Source: Octopus vulgaris (lineage: Eukaryota). Taken from it: a DNA stretch of 64,000 bases. Shown here one piece after another: positions 28,600-40,470 of the stretch. A model generated the notes under the pieces. The model was not told where the DNA came from and made no database searches. It worked only from the letters and a program-made list of their open reading frames with translations. Location: assembly GCA_951406725.2 (NCBI GenBank), contig OX597825.1:87668001-87732000 (forward strand), given 5' to 3'. Position numbers and translations under genes: made by a program. Position 1 is the stretch's first letter, and the number at the start of each line of letters is the position of its first letter.

Positions 28600-29140
28600 A
28601 AAAGAATACTTGCGCTTAACTATTGAGAAATCTGCAGTTACTCCATCCAGATTACAAGTTCAGGTTTATGTCTGTAATTACTAATCTTGAGAAATCAGGT
28701 TTCTCAAAACCAGTCAGGAGAAAGTAATCCAAAGACTACAAATCCAATCTATTACTGGAACTGTAAAAATCTGTAAAACATTTCCAGTAGTTTCTAATTT
28801 AAATATAGATGAGTCAGACTCTTTCTGCTGAAGAATCTGACCTTCACCATAGACTGTTATCAGATTGTCTTTCAGCAACTGGATGTATTTGGCACTAGTC
28901 AAGTCAACGTCAATTTTAACCGACTTTCGTGAACCATCACCTTTTGTGTATCTCCAAAGCATCAGACTTCCCCCCCCCCCACGCAAACATATTCGAGTAA
29001 CGTGGATAGTTTCCCTTTCCTGCAGGCCTTCTGACAGATTCGAGCTTATTATTCTGCTGGCAAAAACAGTGGTTCAAACAGTTGTCAGGCATCCAACAGC
29101 TTACAAGAACGCTGCCATGAGGAAAACGCAAGCTTACTGT
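28600..29140 (-). mobile_element. Tc1-like (DD34E) transposase pseudogene fragment
   Basis: ORF 28714-28986: GGGSLMLW..GDGSRKSVKIDVDLTSAKYIQLLKDNL..ILQQ..VIDW; upstream VRRPAG..YPRY. Confidence 0.75.
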
Positions 29141-29144
29141 TGAT

Positions 29145-29690
29145 TTTCACGCTTTAGGAATGGTTATTTTCGGTTGAAGACCAATTTCGTTCACAGCGAT
29201 AGACGATTTCTTGAACGAATGAAAACATCACGGAAATTTCATGAACTGATCTAAGACCTCCATCGCCGAACAATTGACGAACTTGTTGATATGACCGGTG
29301 TGTCCTGGATCTCCTGCCAACGGAATTTTGAACTGGGAATTGTGAATGAAATGTTACAGCAAAAGTTGTGCCACGCTTACTCACGGAAATGTGAGACTGT
29401 TTTTGGCCCAAAACAGCATGGCCCCGCTTACCCACTCTTCTAATACACCCGAGACTTTGTTTTGTTCATCAGAATGAAACAAAGTCCTTAAAAGGAAATG
29501 TTTTGCGGATGTGGAAAATGTGAAGAAAAAAGAGACGGAAGCGTTAAAAAGCATCACTTTGCGAGGGTTCTAGAACCGCTTCGAACAGTGGAGATCACGT
29601 CTGGACCGATGAATCACTTCAAATGAAGAATTCTTCGAAGGTGATAAAGGTGTAAACATGTACAACTATAAAGTATATTCTGTTAAGAAC
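29145..29690 (+). mobile_element. Internally deleted mariner-type transposon remnant
   Basis: SVEDQFRS..TNENITEI, RRTIDELVDMTGVSWISCQRIL, VTAKVVPRLLT (WVPxxL-like), then FLAQNSMAPLTH..DFVLF, LKGKCFADVENVK, FEQWRSRLDR*ITSNEEFFEGD. Confidence 0.8.
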
Positions 29691-29855
29691 GTAGAAGAGT
29701 ACAGTGTAGAGCTCGTCAACCTTCGGATTTACTCTGTACTATCCAGTAGTAGTATTATACATACTTCCAGGTTTGCGTTTGGGCATCTGTCGTGTGTGAG
29801 CAGAAAACTGAAAAATGGGAGTCAACAAGAAGGATTGCGATAAAGAAACTAACAC

Positions 29856-29996
29856 ACTTTGCCTTTCATCCTTTCGGGGTCGATAAATAAAGTACCAGTT
29901 ACGCACTGGGGTCGATGTAATCGACTTAATCCCTTTGTCTGTCCTTGTTTGTACCCTCTGTGTTTAGCCCCTTGTGGGCAATAAAGAAATAAGAAT
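29856..29996 (+). mobile_element. SINE family A, 5'-truncated (core + tail)
   Basis: actttgcctttcatcctttcggggtcgataaataaagtaccagttacgcactggggtcgatgtaatcgactta followed by tail gtccttgtttg..ctctgtgtttag..aaagaaataagaa. The core resembles the conserved central domain shared by many metazoan SINEs (Meta-like; not verified). Confidence 0.9.
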
Positions 29997-30287
29997 CCGA
30001 GTAAATAAAGTGAGAGGGAAAGAGGGAGAGAAAGAGAGAGAGGGAGAGAGAGAGAGAGAGAGAGAGATGCAGAAGGCAGACAGGCAGTGGGGATGAAACA
30101 TGAATTATGAGAGATAGAATTCAAGTGGCTGAATAAATTCAAACTGATTCTCTATTATTATGTAATGCAGAAGAAAAAAAAAGCGTTAGAAGAGAAACTT
30201 TTTAGCAGCTCACAAATAGGAATTATACCGTTAAACTTACATTTTCTTATTGAAAAGTAAATGGGAACATAATAGCACGCGTATATA

Positions 30288-30355
<68 letters not shown>

Positions 30356-30842
30356 CGTGCAGCTATTAGAAAAAAAATTCACAAAAATTACGTCTAAGTC
30401 CGTAATTTACTTCTGTGAATAAAAAGAAGTTAATAAATAAATATTTTATTTAACACATATATTTAAAATTAGTACGTCTTTTAATTATATTTTTGCCTCA
30501 TATTCTATTTGCATAAATATTACTCAAAATTAATAGCCCTTTGGCATCTTTTAGAATTATTGAGTTGTATTTTGTACATAAAAAAAAATCGATTTGTAAA
30601 GGATTATTATATATTTATTATTTCAGTAGCATATATTAATTAAAAGAAAAAGTAAAAATGGAAAGATAAGTGGCTATGTATTTTTGTTTATATTAATTTT
30701 TTATAACCGAATATTAATTTTAATTCCCAGACAGAGTTAAATGCAAATTTAGGAGAAAAAAAAACACAAAACAAAAATATAATTCACATAAATAAAATTT
30801 CTGCTCTGCTACCAATTTCTCTGACTCGCAATAATTTTCTAG

Positions 30843-30924
30843 AAGAGTCTGCAGTACTGAAGTTAGTGATCCGATGCAACGAGATCCATTCCTACTTGAG
30901 AATAATGCAGCACAAAGGGTGAAG
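30843..30924 (+). CDS. Candidate isolated internal exon (RVCSTEVSDPMQRDPFLLENNAAQRVK)
   Basis: Branch-like ctgac at 30821, acceptor ttttctag|, donor AAG|gtaagg, open frame, higher GC than the flanks. No partner exon or protein family recognised. Confidence 0.3.
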
Positions 30925-31074
30925 GTAAGGTGTATGTATGGAAACAATGTAGAGTGAGGTGAGATAATGAATGCAGGGAATGGTTCACAGTCACTTCAAA
31001 ATTTTATGCTATCAAATTATTTAGGGGTACAAATTTCCCATTAGTAGAACTAAAAACGCATTATTTAGACATTG

Positions 31075-31285
31075 CTTTAAAATTTTGTCGCACGGCCAGC
31101 AATTTCGGAGGGTGGGGTACGTCGATTATATCGACCCTAGTACTTAACTGGTACTTATTTCATCGACCGCGAAATGATGAAAAGCAAAGTCGACATCAGT
31201 GAAATTTGAACTCAGAGCGCAATATCGGATTGAGTACCGCTCAACATTTTGTTCGGCATGCTCATGATTCCGCCAGCTCGTTCCC
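31075..31285 (-). mobile_element. SINE family A
   Basis: ggccagcaatttc..gtcgattatatcgacc..actggtacttatttcatcgacc..gcaaagtcgac..atttgaactcag..ttccgccagctcg. Confidence 0.85.
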
Positions 31286-32054
31286 TTCACGTTTTTTAAA
31301 AAGGGATCCAAGGTTGCTAATTGCACAGTGTTTGCATTGAGCAAAACAGCCTAACACAAATAACAAAGATTTATGTAACGAAAGTAGGAAGAGTTCATTA
31401 ACAAGTATATATGCTTATAGAGAATCATTATTTTTCGATAATATAAGCTATATATAACAATAACTAAATTTCTAACAATATTTCCTATTCCAAGCTAAAT
31501 CAAAAATTGAAATAAATTGCATATAATAATAGGCTGGCGTTCGACATTATGCTTCCTACTCTGGTAGGTTTAATTTGCGGCGAGCTTTTATAGAAATATT
31601 TATATATACCTGTTGGCTACTTGCGAAAACAATGTATGGCATTTCACAGTAAGAAATTTCACTTGCTTTTGTTCGGCAAAAGTATAAAAAATGCTTAAGT
31701 ATGTGTAGAATTGTTAATTGGTAGTTTAAAACATCTGCATACAGCCCTCCCATGCGATGCAATGTGAAAGATGTCAAAAATTCTACTATTAAGTTTACAT
31801 CTGTCCAACATACTTAAACGAACTTTATTATCTGCAAATACAGAGAAACGGTGGCCAATAATTGGAAAAAGTATTTGAGCTTAGCAAACGATAATTATTT
31901 AGAAAACGTAAATATTGCTTATGCAGCCTACACAGGATGTAATGGATGCTAATATTCCCGCGGAATATTGGCATTTAAAAGTTCAATGCTGTTTTGTGTT
32001 CAAAACTAAACTCTCAGAAATATTTTCAGGCTGGTTATGTATATTAAGTTACTT

Positions 32055-32225
32055 AGCTTTTATCTTTTACTTGTTTCAGACACTGGACTGCAACGATGCT
32101 GGGGCATCGCCCTGGAGTTTTAAGCGAACAAATTATTTTAGCTTGCAAATTATTCTATCGGTCTCTTTTCCCGCCCCACTGATGTATGCCAGGGATCATG
32201 TGGAGACAAATAAACACAGACACAA
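32055..32225 (-). mobile_element. SINE family B 3' fragment
   Basis: tcttttacttgtttcag..gatgctggggcatcgcc..tattctatcggtctctttt, homologous to 21418-21545. Confidence 0.7.
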
Positions 32226-32276
32226 ACACATACATACGTGCAAACACACTCGCACATATACACACAGTCACCTCTC

Positions 32277-32337
<61 letters not shown>

Positions 32338-32343
<6 letters not shown>

Positions 32344-32972
32344 GATTGAACGCCAAACATCCTCTTCCAAGTAAGTTTTATCTTAATAGTTATGATGCGC
32401 ACTCTATACGATCTCTTTAATTTTCGTTTTTCTCTCTTTCTCTCTCTTATTCCTTTACCTGCTCTTCTCCCACTCTTCTATCCTATTACTCTCTCACTCT
32501 CTCTCTCTCTCTCACTCCTCATCATTTGCTCATGTTGCTCCCACGTGACCATCGGCCATCTTTCTTTCTTCCTCGAACTTTTGTTTCTTTCTCTCCGTTG
32601 TAGCTGGAACAAAGAAGACGTGTTTTTGTTTGCCTTCTGTCCAAGCTTGATTTACGCGTTCGCCACTACAACCTCGTTTAGGCTTAGCAGCCCTTCCTGT
32701 TTGTTTTCACTCTCCTGTTTGTGTTACCTATTTTGGCACTCCGCAAAATCCCCATTTTTTAAAAATTTGCTGTGCGGCAGCAACCGTTTTATCGAAAGAG
32801 TGTATTGTTGTTAAATGCTCGAAATACACGTGTAGAAAAGTAGCCAACAACTGCTGAAAGTTTTGTTTTGTTTTCTATTTGTGTCTTTCGTTGTTCGAAA
32901 TAATAGTTCATATTCCATGTACTTGTGCTTCGTATTTTTTGTTGTACACCTTTCGTGACGTCCTGCGCCTAC
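32338..32972. mobile_element. Unclassified (TA)n-flanked interspersed repeat
   Basis: Bounded by (TA)n. Its start (tgattgaacgc.a..catcctctt...agtaa.ttttatct) recurs at 33554-33593. Confidence 0.45.
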
Positions 32973-32977
32973 ATATG

Positions 32978-33028
<51 letters not shown>

Positions 33029-33142
33029 ATATTTCGGAATGGTCATATTGCCAGTTTAGCCAATAAAAACACACGCACTATATATTTGGTGTTATTTTGC
33101 TTCAGTGATATTTATTTTTTACATTAATCTTAATCTTATTTC

Positions 33143-33187
33143 GGCCAAAGTTCTTTCGTCACACTCCTGTGACCGCATCAGTGGTCC
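33143..33187 (-). ncRNA. Hammerhead-like variant (CUGAUGC core) in a TA/TAA-flanked element (33025-33478)
   Basis: Minus strand: ggacca-CTGATGC-g-gtcac(aggagt)gtgac-GAAA-gaac-TT-tggcc. Perfect 5-bp stem II, stem I cca/tgg plus gg/cc, minimal stem III A-U and G-C. Confidence 0.6.
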
Positions 33188-33475
33188 TTTGTTTCCTTCT
33201 CACTTACTTGTGTCTCTCCTTACTAACCGTCAGCCATTTTGTATTTCTATTGTATGTCTTCATTTGCGCATGCTTATATCTCTATGTGCGTCTATGTTTA
33301 TTTAGTGTGTGTGGGGGGGGATGCCTGTAATATTTGTATCTTCTGGTTATATACATTCTTGTAATTTGTATTTTGTTTTTGTTGTTGTTGCTTTTGTTCT
33401 AATTTTGTTCATGTGTTTACATCCACCCATTATTATCATTACATATGCTTGTATGTATGTATAACAACAATATTA

Positions 33476-33521
<46 letters not shown>

Positions 33522-34102
33522 TAATATATATGTATATAATTTATATTATCATCTGATTGAACGCTACGCATCCTCTTTCGAGTAACTTTTATCTATCTAT
33601 CTATCTATCTATCTTCTCTATCTATATAAACTAGACTAGACTACTTGTGATACGTTGGGTCAACGGGAAAGTCTGAGTTTCCCAGCAACGGCGTTTTGTT
33701 TCGTGGAGTTAATTTTTCTTTTCCAAGAGAGGCCGGAGGTAGAGATAAAGGAAGGCGTGTGAAACAAAAATAGCACATTCTCCTTCACATTAAAACTATT
33801 TGCTTTAAATAGAATTTCTAATTTATATCCACTTATTTTCCACCATTAACAAAAGCAATGAGTTAATACCTCAGATGATTGTAAATTAATGGTCCAAACA
33901 ACCATTTATTGCAACATTTTCCTGAATCTATGCACAAAAAGAAACATTTATTTTGCTATTTAAATGCAAATAACCCACAAGAAACGATTGCTTCTAATGA
34001 ATAGGAACACCTACCTAGAAATGCTAGAAAATATCCTGATCCTATATTTGAAATCTAATGCAACCTGAGATCTATAATCGATATCTGATGCTAACTTAAT
34101 AT

Positions 34103-34283
34103 TGGTTTTAAGGTTTGGTACAAGGCCAGCAATTTCGTAGGAGTTGGTTATATCAACTGCCAATTATTTTCTAAAGCCCGAAATTTGACCTACGTGGAAT
34201 TTGAGCTCACAATGTAAAGACGGACGAAATGCCGCTAAGCATTTTGCCCGGTGCAGTAGCGATTCTGCCAGCTCTCCGCCTTA
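34103..34283 (-). mobile_element. SINE family A (internally deleted)
   Basis: tttggtacaaggccagcaatttc...ggaatttgagctcacaatgtaaagacggacgaaatgccgctaagcattttgcccgg..ttctgccagctctccgcctta. Confidence 0.85.
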
Positions 34284-34816
34284 TGATGACTTCATATTAC
34301 AACCACTTTACACCATGTAGCGTCGCGCTATGCTAATCGCTACAGAAAATATTACATTTTGTCACAAAATTTAATTACAAATGTCAAAGGCCTCATCTAG
34401 GTTTTATCACATATATGCTTCCCAGAGACTGAACGTCTATAAAATATTCTACTTTTATTCACATCCCTTCTATTCTATTTATTTTTGATGGGTAAACTCT
34501 GTAAAGTTGTAACGATGTATTTATTTTATAGAATAGCTTTGAGGAAAACTGGAACCTGATAGTGAAGACTGTCTAGAAATTGAATAAATATCACAAGCAA
34601 ATAATACGACAAACCATTCAAAAACCAGGTATTATCCATGCTAGAAAACAATACCGTCTAGGAAAAAGTTATAAATTATAAACAACAAAAAACAATGAAA
34701 AATCTTGCATCCTTAAGTCTTCTTTACATCTCTCACCCTCTCTCCCTCTTTCTGTACAGGTGTGTGTGTGTGTGTGTGTGCGTGCGAAGGGGTGTGTGAA
34801 ACAGGTGGCCTACAGT

Positions 34817-35138
34817 TCTCTCATTTGAATCAGCTGCTAAAATTATGGACTCTTTTTCTGGACCGTTGTGTCCATGTGCAAGCATATCATTTCCCACTGC
34901 CCCAATCAACTCAGCTGAAAATGAGCAGTGGCATAGTGTGCCAGTGCCGTTCCCACTCTTTTGCATGTCACATCGTTAGTGGCAGAGCGAAACCATGTGT
35001 ATATCTGCTAGTGCCTAAATGAGCGATTAGAACTGTAATCGAAGGCTACAACGTCATCTTCGCTTCCGAGTGACGGCTAAGCTTACATACATACACACAT
35101 ATATGTCCATAATTTTAGCAGCTGATTCAAATGAGAGA
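34817..35138. repeat. Perfect 34-bp inverted repeat (34817-34850 / 35105-35138) enclosing a SINE family C fragment
   Basis: tctctcatttgaatcagctgctaaaattatggac and its exact reverse complement. Confidence 0.92.
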
Positions 35139-36519
35139 CATACACACATACATACATACATACATACATGTATACATACACACATACATACATACATACA
35201 TACATACATACATACATACATACATACATGCATGCATGCATACATACATACATACATACATACATACATACATGAAAATTTGCTAACCTTCTCACCGGGC
35301 AATTTATGATATTAAAACATTAAATTTGATTGCATATTTAAGTAATCTTCGCTAGACTCAATGTTTGTTTTATTGCGTAAATATTTCAACCATTTATAAT
35401 ATCCATTGAATAATCTTTAAACAAAAGACTTTCTTAATGATGCTATGTCGTTCTCTGTAACTGTCTGTCTACTAAACTTTCAATGTTGCCAAGCGAATCA
35501 TATTATTTTTCAATTTCTATGATTAAGTTTGCTGTTTCTGATGCAACCTGGGATGATTCTAAACCGACCAATTACAGATTTAACTGTATACTAATGCTTT
35601 CATAAAATGTTTTAAGATGTCAAAGGAATACAAAATGTTTTAGACATCAGCTAATTCTTTTAATTTCTTAATGGATAAATCCCCATAATTATTGTAAATT
35701 GTTTTGGTTTTGATAAATGACTTGAAGCTTCTTCTTATTCTCTGCCATTGCTATTTATGTATTCAATTTTGTCAGCAATGTAAATATCTCTAAACGTTTA
35801 TTGGATAGAATGTCTTTCGAATTATTAAACACCCAATCTTTAATTAGTTAATATTTCTACAAAATGGAATATAATTATTATTATCGTAATAATATTTACT
35901 ATTCATTTCAATTTATTAAAATTATATTGTTTCTGAATCTATATCTAAACACAACAGCAATACTATACAAACGTTCGATCTAATTATAGTTTTTGCTTGC
36001 AATTTCTGGGTTTTTTCTTTTATATTTGTCATTAATGAACCACATCGATATAAATGATACAACACAAACAGAGCGATTTAACCACAAATAAAGACGTGAA
36101 TATATCAGCGAGTAGTATGGAACGAAAATGTCCCTTTAAATCTGTAGTTGTCATGAATAAATCGATACAACGTAATATTTATGGCATAAATGAAAATACA
36201 TAGAAAATGATGTGTTCATAAATTAGTTCAAGCGTAGGATATCTGCCGTATAATATAAACGTTATTGATATATGTATGTGACAGACATTCCACAGAAAAC
36301 CATGGGCGCATTTAATAGATATCATCGTGCTCATTGGTGTAAGGCTGATTTCTCAACTGTCTGCGAATGTGAAAATGTCACAAGTAATTAAAGTCAAATA
36401 TAATTATGAATTAATGCGTCTGGTTTTCTGTGTAAGTAAATGTATTTCGTTCTAACATTTAGTGATTCAGTTCATGTTTCAACCTTTGTCTGCATTTATA
36501 ATGAATTGATAGACACATC

Positions 36520-36559
<40 letters not shown>

Positions 36560-36932
36560 ACTCCCCCTCTCTCTCTTTCTCTTGCGAGGAATGATTTAAT
36601 TATTTCTGTTTTCTTGCAAAAAATGTTGCAAAATATATTTTAACAAATTTTAAAATGTTAAAACAACATTGGCGAGAAATAATTGATGTACGCCTAAATA
36701 TTTAAGGGAGTAATTATAAACGCTGTCTTTGTAGAAAACGTTCAATACACCAATCACTCTAGAAGCATGAATAAATAAAAAATAAGTAAAATATATCGAT
36801 TTCAGCTCCTGAAGAATCTTCATAGATTTGTGTTTCATAAAATATACAGTGTACCACTAAGCTTGGTGGTCTCTTACATATATATTAGCAAGCTACACAA
36901 CTACAAAGCCAATGTTAAAGCCAAGCTGAACG

Positions 36933-36996
<64 letters not shown>

Positions 36997-36999
<3 letters not shown>

Positions 37000-37199
37000 C
37001 AAGTTCACGAAAAAAAAAACAAATGACAAAGACAGCTGGTGTACAAAACTAACAGATGTATCAGTATAACGCTCAGGAATTGAAAAAGTATTTTACGTTT
37101 CGAGCCTACGCTCTTCTACAGAAAGGGACACAGAAAATACAAGGAAAGAAACAAGGAGAGAAAAATGTGTGTAGAGGCTACCGATCAATCATGGCGTCT

Positions 37200-37201
<2 letters not shown>
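36997..37201 (-). mobile_element. Solo/5'-truncated PLE pseudo-LTR in (TA)n, carrying a hammerhead variant (37091-37125)
   Basis: Homologous to 58552-58760 (3' end of the Neptune-type PLE). Minus strand: cttt-CTGTAGA-a-gagc(gtag)gctc-GAAA-CG-TA-aaa. (TA)n on both sides. Confidence 0.85.
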
Positions 37202-37263
<62 letters not shown>

Positions 37264-37739
37264 ATGTAAACACGTGTTTACATACAAACTAGTAAGTACG
37301 ATTTTTTACTTAACTAAAAATTATACCCTAAACCAATAAATAACCAAAGATGCACACCCATGAAAGAGAATATATCTATATACACACTTGTTTAATATAT
37401 TCAGATAATCAAAGCCTCACGTACATAAGAAAGAATATATACATATTTCTGAAACAAAACAAAACCATGAGTTAAAAAAAGAAACCATAGTGACTCACCA
37501 GAAAACTTACAACAAACGAAATTGGTCTGATAATGAAATTGACCTCCTAATAGGCACATGTTTTTCTCTCTCCCGAAAAGAAAACGTAAATACTTCGTGT
37601 CTAAATAAGATTGCCACAAAACAGCGCCAATACTCAATACGAGATCTTGTAAGTAGATTTGTAGAAAATAAAAGGCGTCGAGGTTTCCTCCAAACTAATT
37701 CTGGGTCATTTTGGAAAACTTCAATATATTTTCTTTTTA

Positions 37740-40470
37740 AATATTGGCCAAGAACAACAACAACAACAACAGCGAGAAAACCATGAACAGCAACAACAAG
37801 CAAAACGACAACGACAGCAACAACCAGGAAACCATGAACAGTAACAACAACAACAACAAGAGCCGCTCCTAAATTCCAGCATCATAACTGATTTACCGAA
37901 GGATAGTGTCTCTTCAGCTCTCTCTCAGTCACCAGTCTCACCGCAGCTACCACGATTATCATCGTCGTCATTATACAACTCTTATATATTTACCTTGACA
38001 ACTCCCACTTGGAAGCCGAAGTGAAAATGAGGAATTTCACAACCATCCGCGCGCATCGACAGAAGGGAGGGTAGAACTGCCATTTTCCTGCGTGATTCCA
38101 TGTTGGTCATCACAACCGCTTATACCACCTCAAATACTAAAAATAAACCACTGCTTTCTTCCCTCCCACGTCGCCACCTCAATCCTACTGTAGTATAAAA
38201 AAAACTAAAAAATCTATGAAGCAGAATGTTTCCCCCACGACTCTAACAAGAAACCTCAAAATATGCCGTTATTCCGTCCGTTACAAGCTCCGTACATGTC
38301 GTGCTTGCATCTTTACACATCTACCTGGCACTAGATGCACAACCCATGCAAACACAACTACCCAAGGCCAAAGCACGCATCCTACAATAGCATAAACACC
38401 CATACCACTGTTGAAACACGCATGACACGGAATCCCAGAATCTGCCGGTATTCACAATGCGAGAAACTATGTCTATTGCGTGGTTGTCCCTTCACTCATC
38501 TTCCAGGGACCTGACGAACTAACAGAAACGAGGCTTCAAGCCAACACATAAACCGCAGTAAAAGCACTCCTTGCCTGCCACAGTAATAATGGTCCACTCT
38601 TTTCTCGAATACACAACAACAACAACCACAACAACAACAACAACAACAACAACCACAAAAGCAGAAACGACAACAGTGCAACCACATCTTCAGTCAAAAA
38701 TTCCTCCTTCTGCAGGAAAATTCTTTTTAAGCCATGTTGAACTTGACAAAAGAGATACAAAAGTACCTTTAGCCATCACTCGATACCATCCTATGCTGTT
38801 ACCCCGGTGCACAAACTCCCCGCATGGCTGTCAAAATGTGCCACTACGCTAGCCTCCACATTTCTACTCAATGCACAAGGTGTCAGTACCTCCACCGATG
38901 CACAACAATGGAAGATTCAATCCAATGAGGATTGGGTCGGTAACCATCCTTTATTCATTCTTACCAAGACTCACCTTGACAACTCCCACTTGGAAGCCGA
39001 AGTGAAAGTGAGGAATTTCACAACCATCCACGCGGACAGAGTCGACAGAAGGAAAGGTCGAACTGCCATTTTCATGTGTGATTCCTTTTCGGCAGACGGA
39101 TATATGACATTTTCCAATGGTTGTTGTGAATCGGTCACCGTGCACAACAAAATCAATGACCTGATAGTAGTTGGGCTCTATAGGTCACCTCAAACACCCT
39201 AATGCACTTTAAGGAATGCCTCAACAGCATGAAGTGCTTTAATTAACAGTGCCATTCTTATAACATAATAATGATTGGAGAGTTTAATCTATCCTGTGTT
39301 GATTGGTCTACAGACAGACAGTTTGAAACCAGGACAGTTTGAAACGAGGAAGTCCCACCTCAGCTGCTGACAAAGCAGCAGTAGCATCACTTCTCGATTT
39401 TATGAATGAGTGTTTCTTGTCCCAACTTGTCCTTGCACCAACAACATATCAGACCATTTCAGACCTTGTGTTCAGTAACAACATTAACACTATACACAAT
39501 ATTACAGTGGAAAAAACTCTTCTTTCAGACCATGACATGGTTCTCTGTAACCTGAGATTCCACCGTCCGAAAGCTAACCCTAGTGACTTCTCTCTAGCCC
39601 ACCCATTTCATACCATGGATCTCTATATTACCGACTAGGATGCAATGATAAACGTTGACTCATCTTTCACATATGCACACACTTCCTCCAGCATCAAAAT
39701 ATATTGGCAGATCTTTGTAGACACTGTCACAAATATATATGTGCTACCCCACCCCAGATCTGTGAAGAAAACTAAGTGCTGAATTCCCCAAATCAGAAAG
39801 AACAAACAAAAGAATTAACAAACTAAAATACTGCCTACAGCCACATAAAAATTCGACGACTATCAACCTGCTCCAAAAAAAAAAAAAATACACGAAGACT
39901 CTCATCACTATTCAAAGAACAGCTGAGGAGAAATGGGCCGTTGAGCAAATCAAACTCAAGCCCAAAGTGTTCTTCTCTTTTGCGAAAAAACACAAGGTCA
40001 CTGTCTCCAGTGTTGGCCCTCTAATTGAGGAAAATGGCACTCTCCAAGATAATGCCAAAACCATGAGTGAGATACTGCAGAAACAGTACTGCTCGATTTT
40101 CAGCAATCCTGATATGGCCGATCTGGACTGTATCAGTGATGTTAATCCTCAACACACTATATCGGACACAATGTTTGGCGCCCTTGATGTCTTAGCAGCA
40201 ATACACGAAATTAAACACCATTCAGCAGTAAGCCCTGATAGGTTTCCTACTTGTGTCCTGAAGATGTTTCAACACCAACTTGCACCTCCTCTTGCTAATC
40301 TATTGAGAAACTCCGTGGATGGTAGCTATATCCCTAAAAACGTTTTGTCCCAGTCTTTCGTCCCAGTCAGTTGTCCCAGTTCACAAAAAGGGAAACGAGT
40401 CTCTTGCAGTGAACGACCAGCCGATCTCGGTCTCCTCACATATCATCAAGGTATTTGAGAGGGTGGCGAT
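37740..40470 (+). mobile_element. CR1-like LINE, 3'-truncated: ORF1 remnant with CCCH-like fingers, APE endonuclease, RT N-terminus
   Basis: KICRYSVRYKLRTCRACIFTHLPG and RICRYSQCEKLCLLRGCPFTHLPG; FLLNAQG, LTKTHLD, VVGLYRSP, IMIGEFNL, DLVFSN, SDHDMV; KLKPKVFFSFAKK, SAVSPDRFP, PVHKKG..NDQPISVSSHIIKVFERV. Confidence 0.88.

Noticed and set aside
32765-32845. gctcgaaatacacgtgtagaaaag, an HHR-like 3' half with a palindrome
   Set aside because: No CUGANGA-like core or stem I partner upstream in this copy.
33612-33685. Possible Helitron end (tctatataaa..ctag, gggaaa/tttccc hairpin)
   Set aside because: No matching opposite terminus found.
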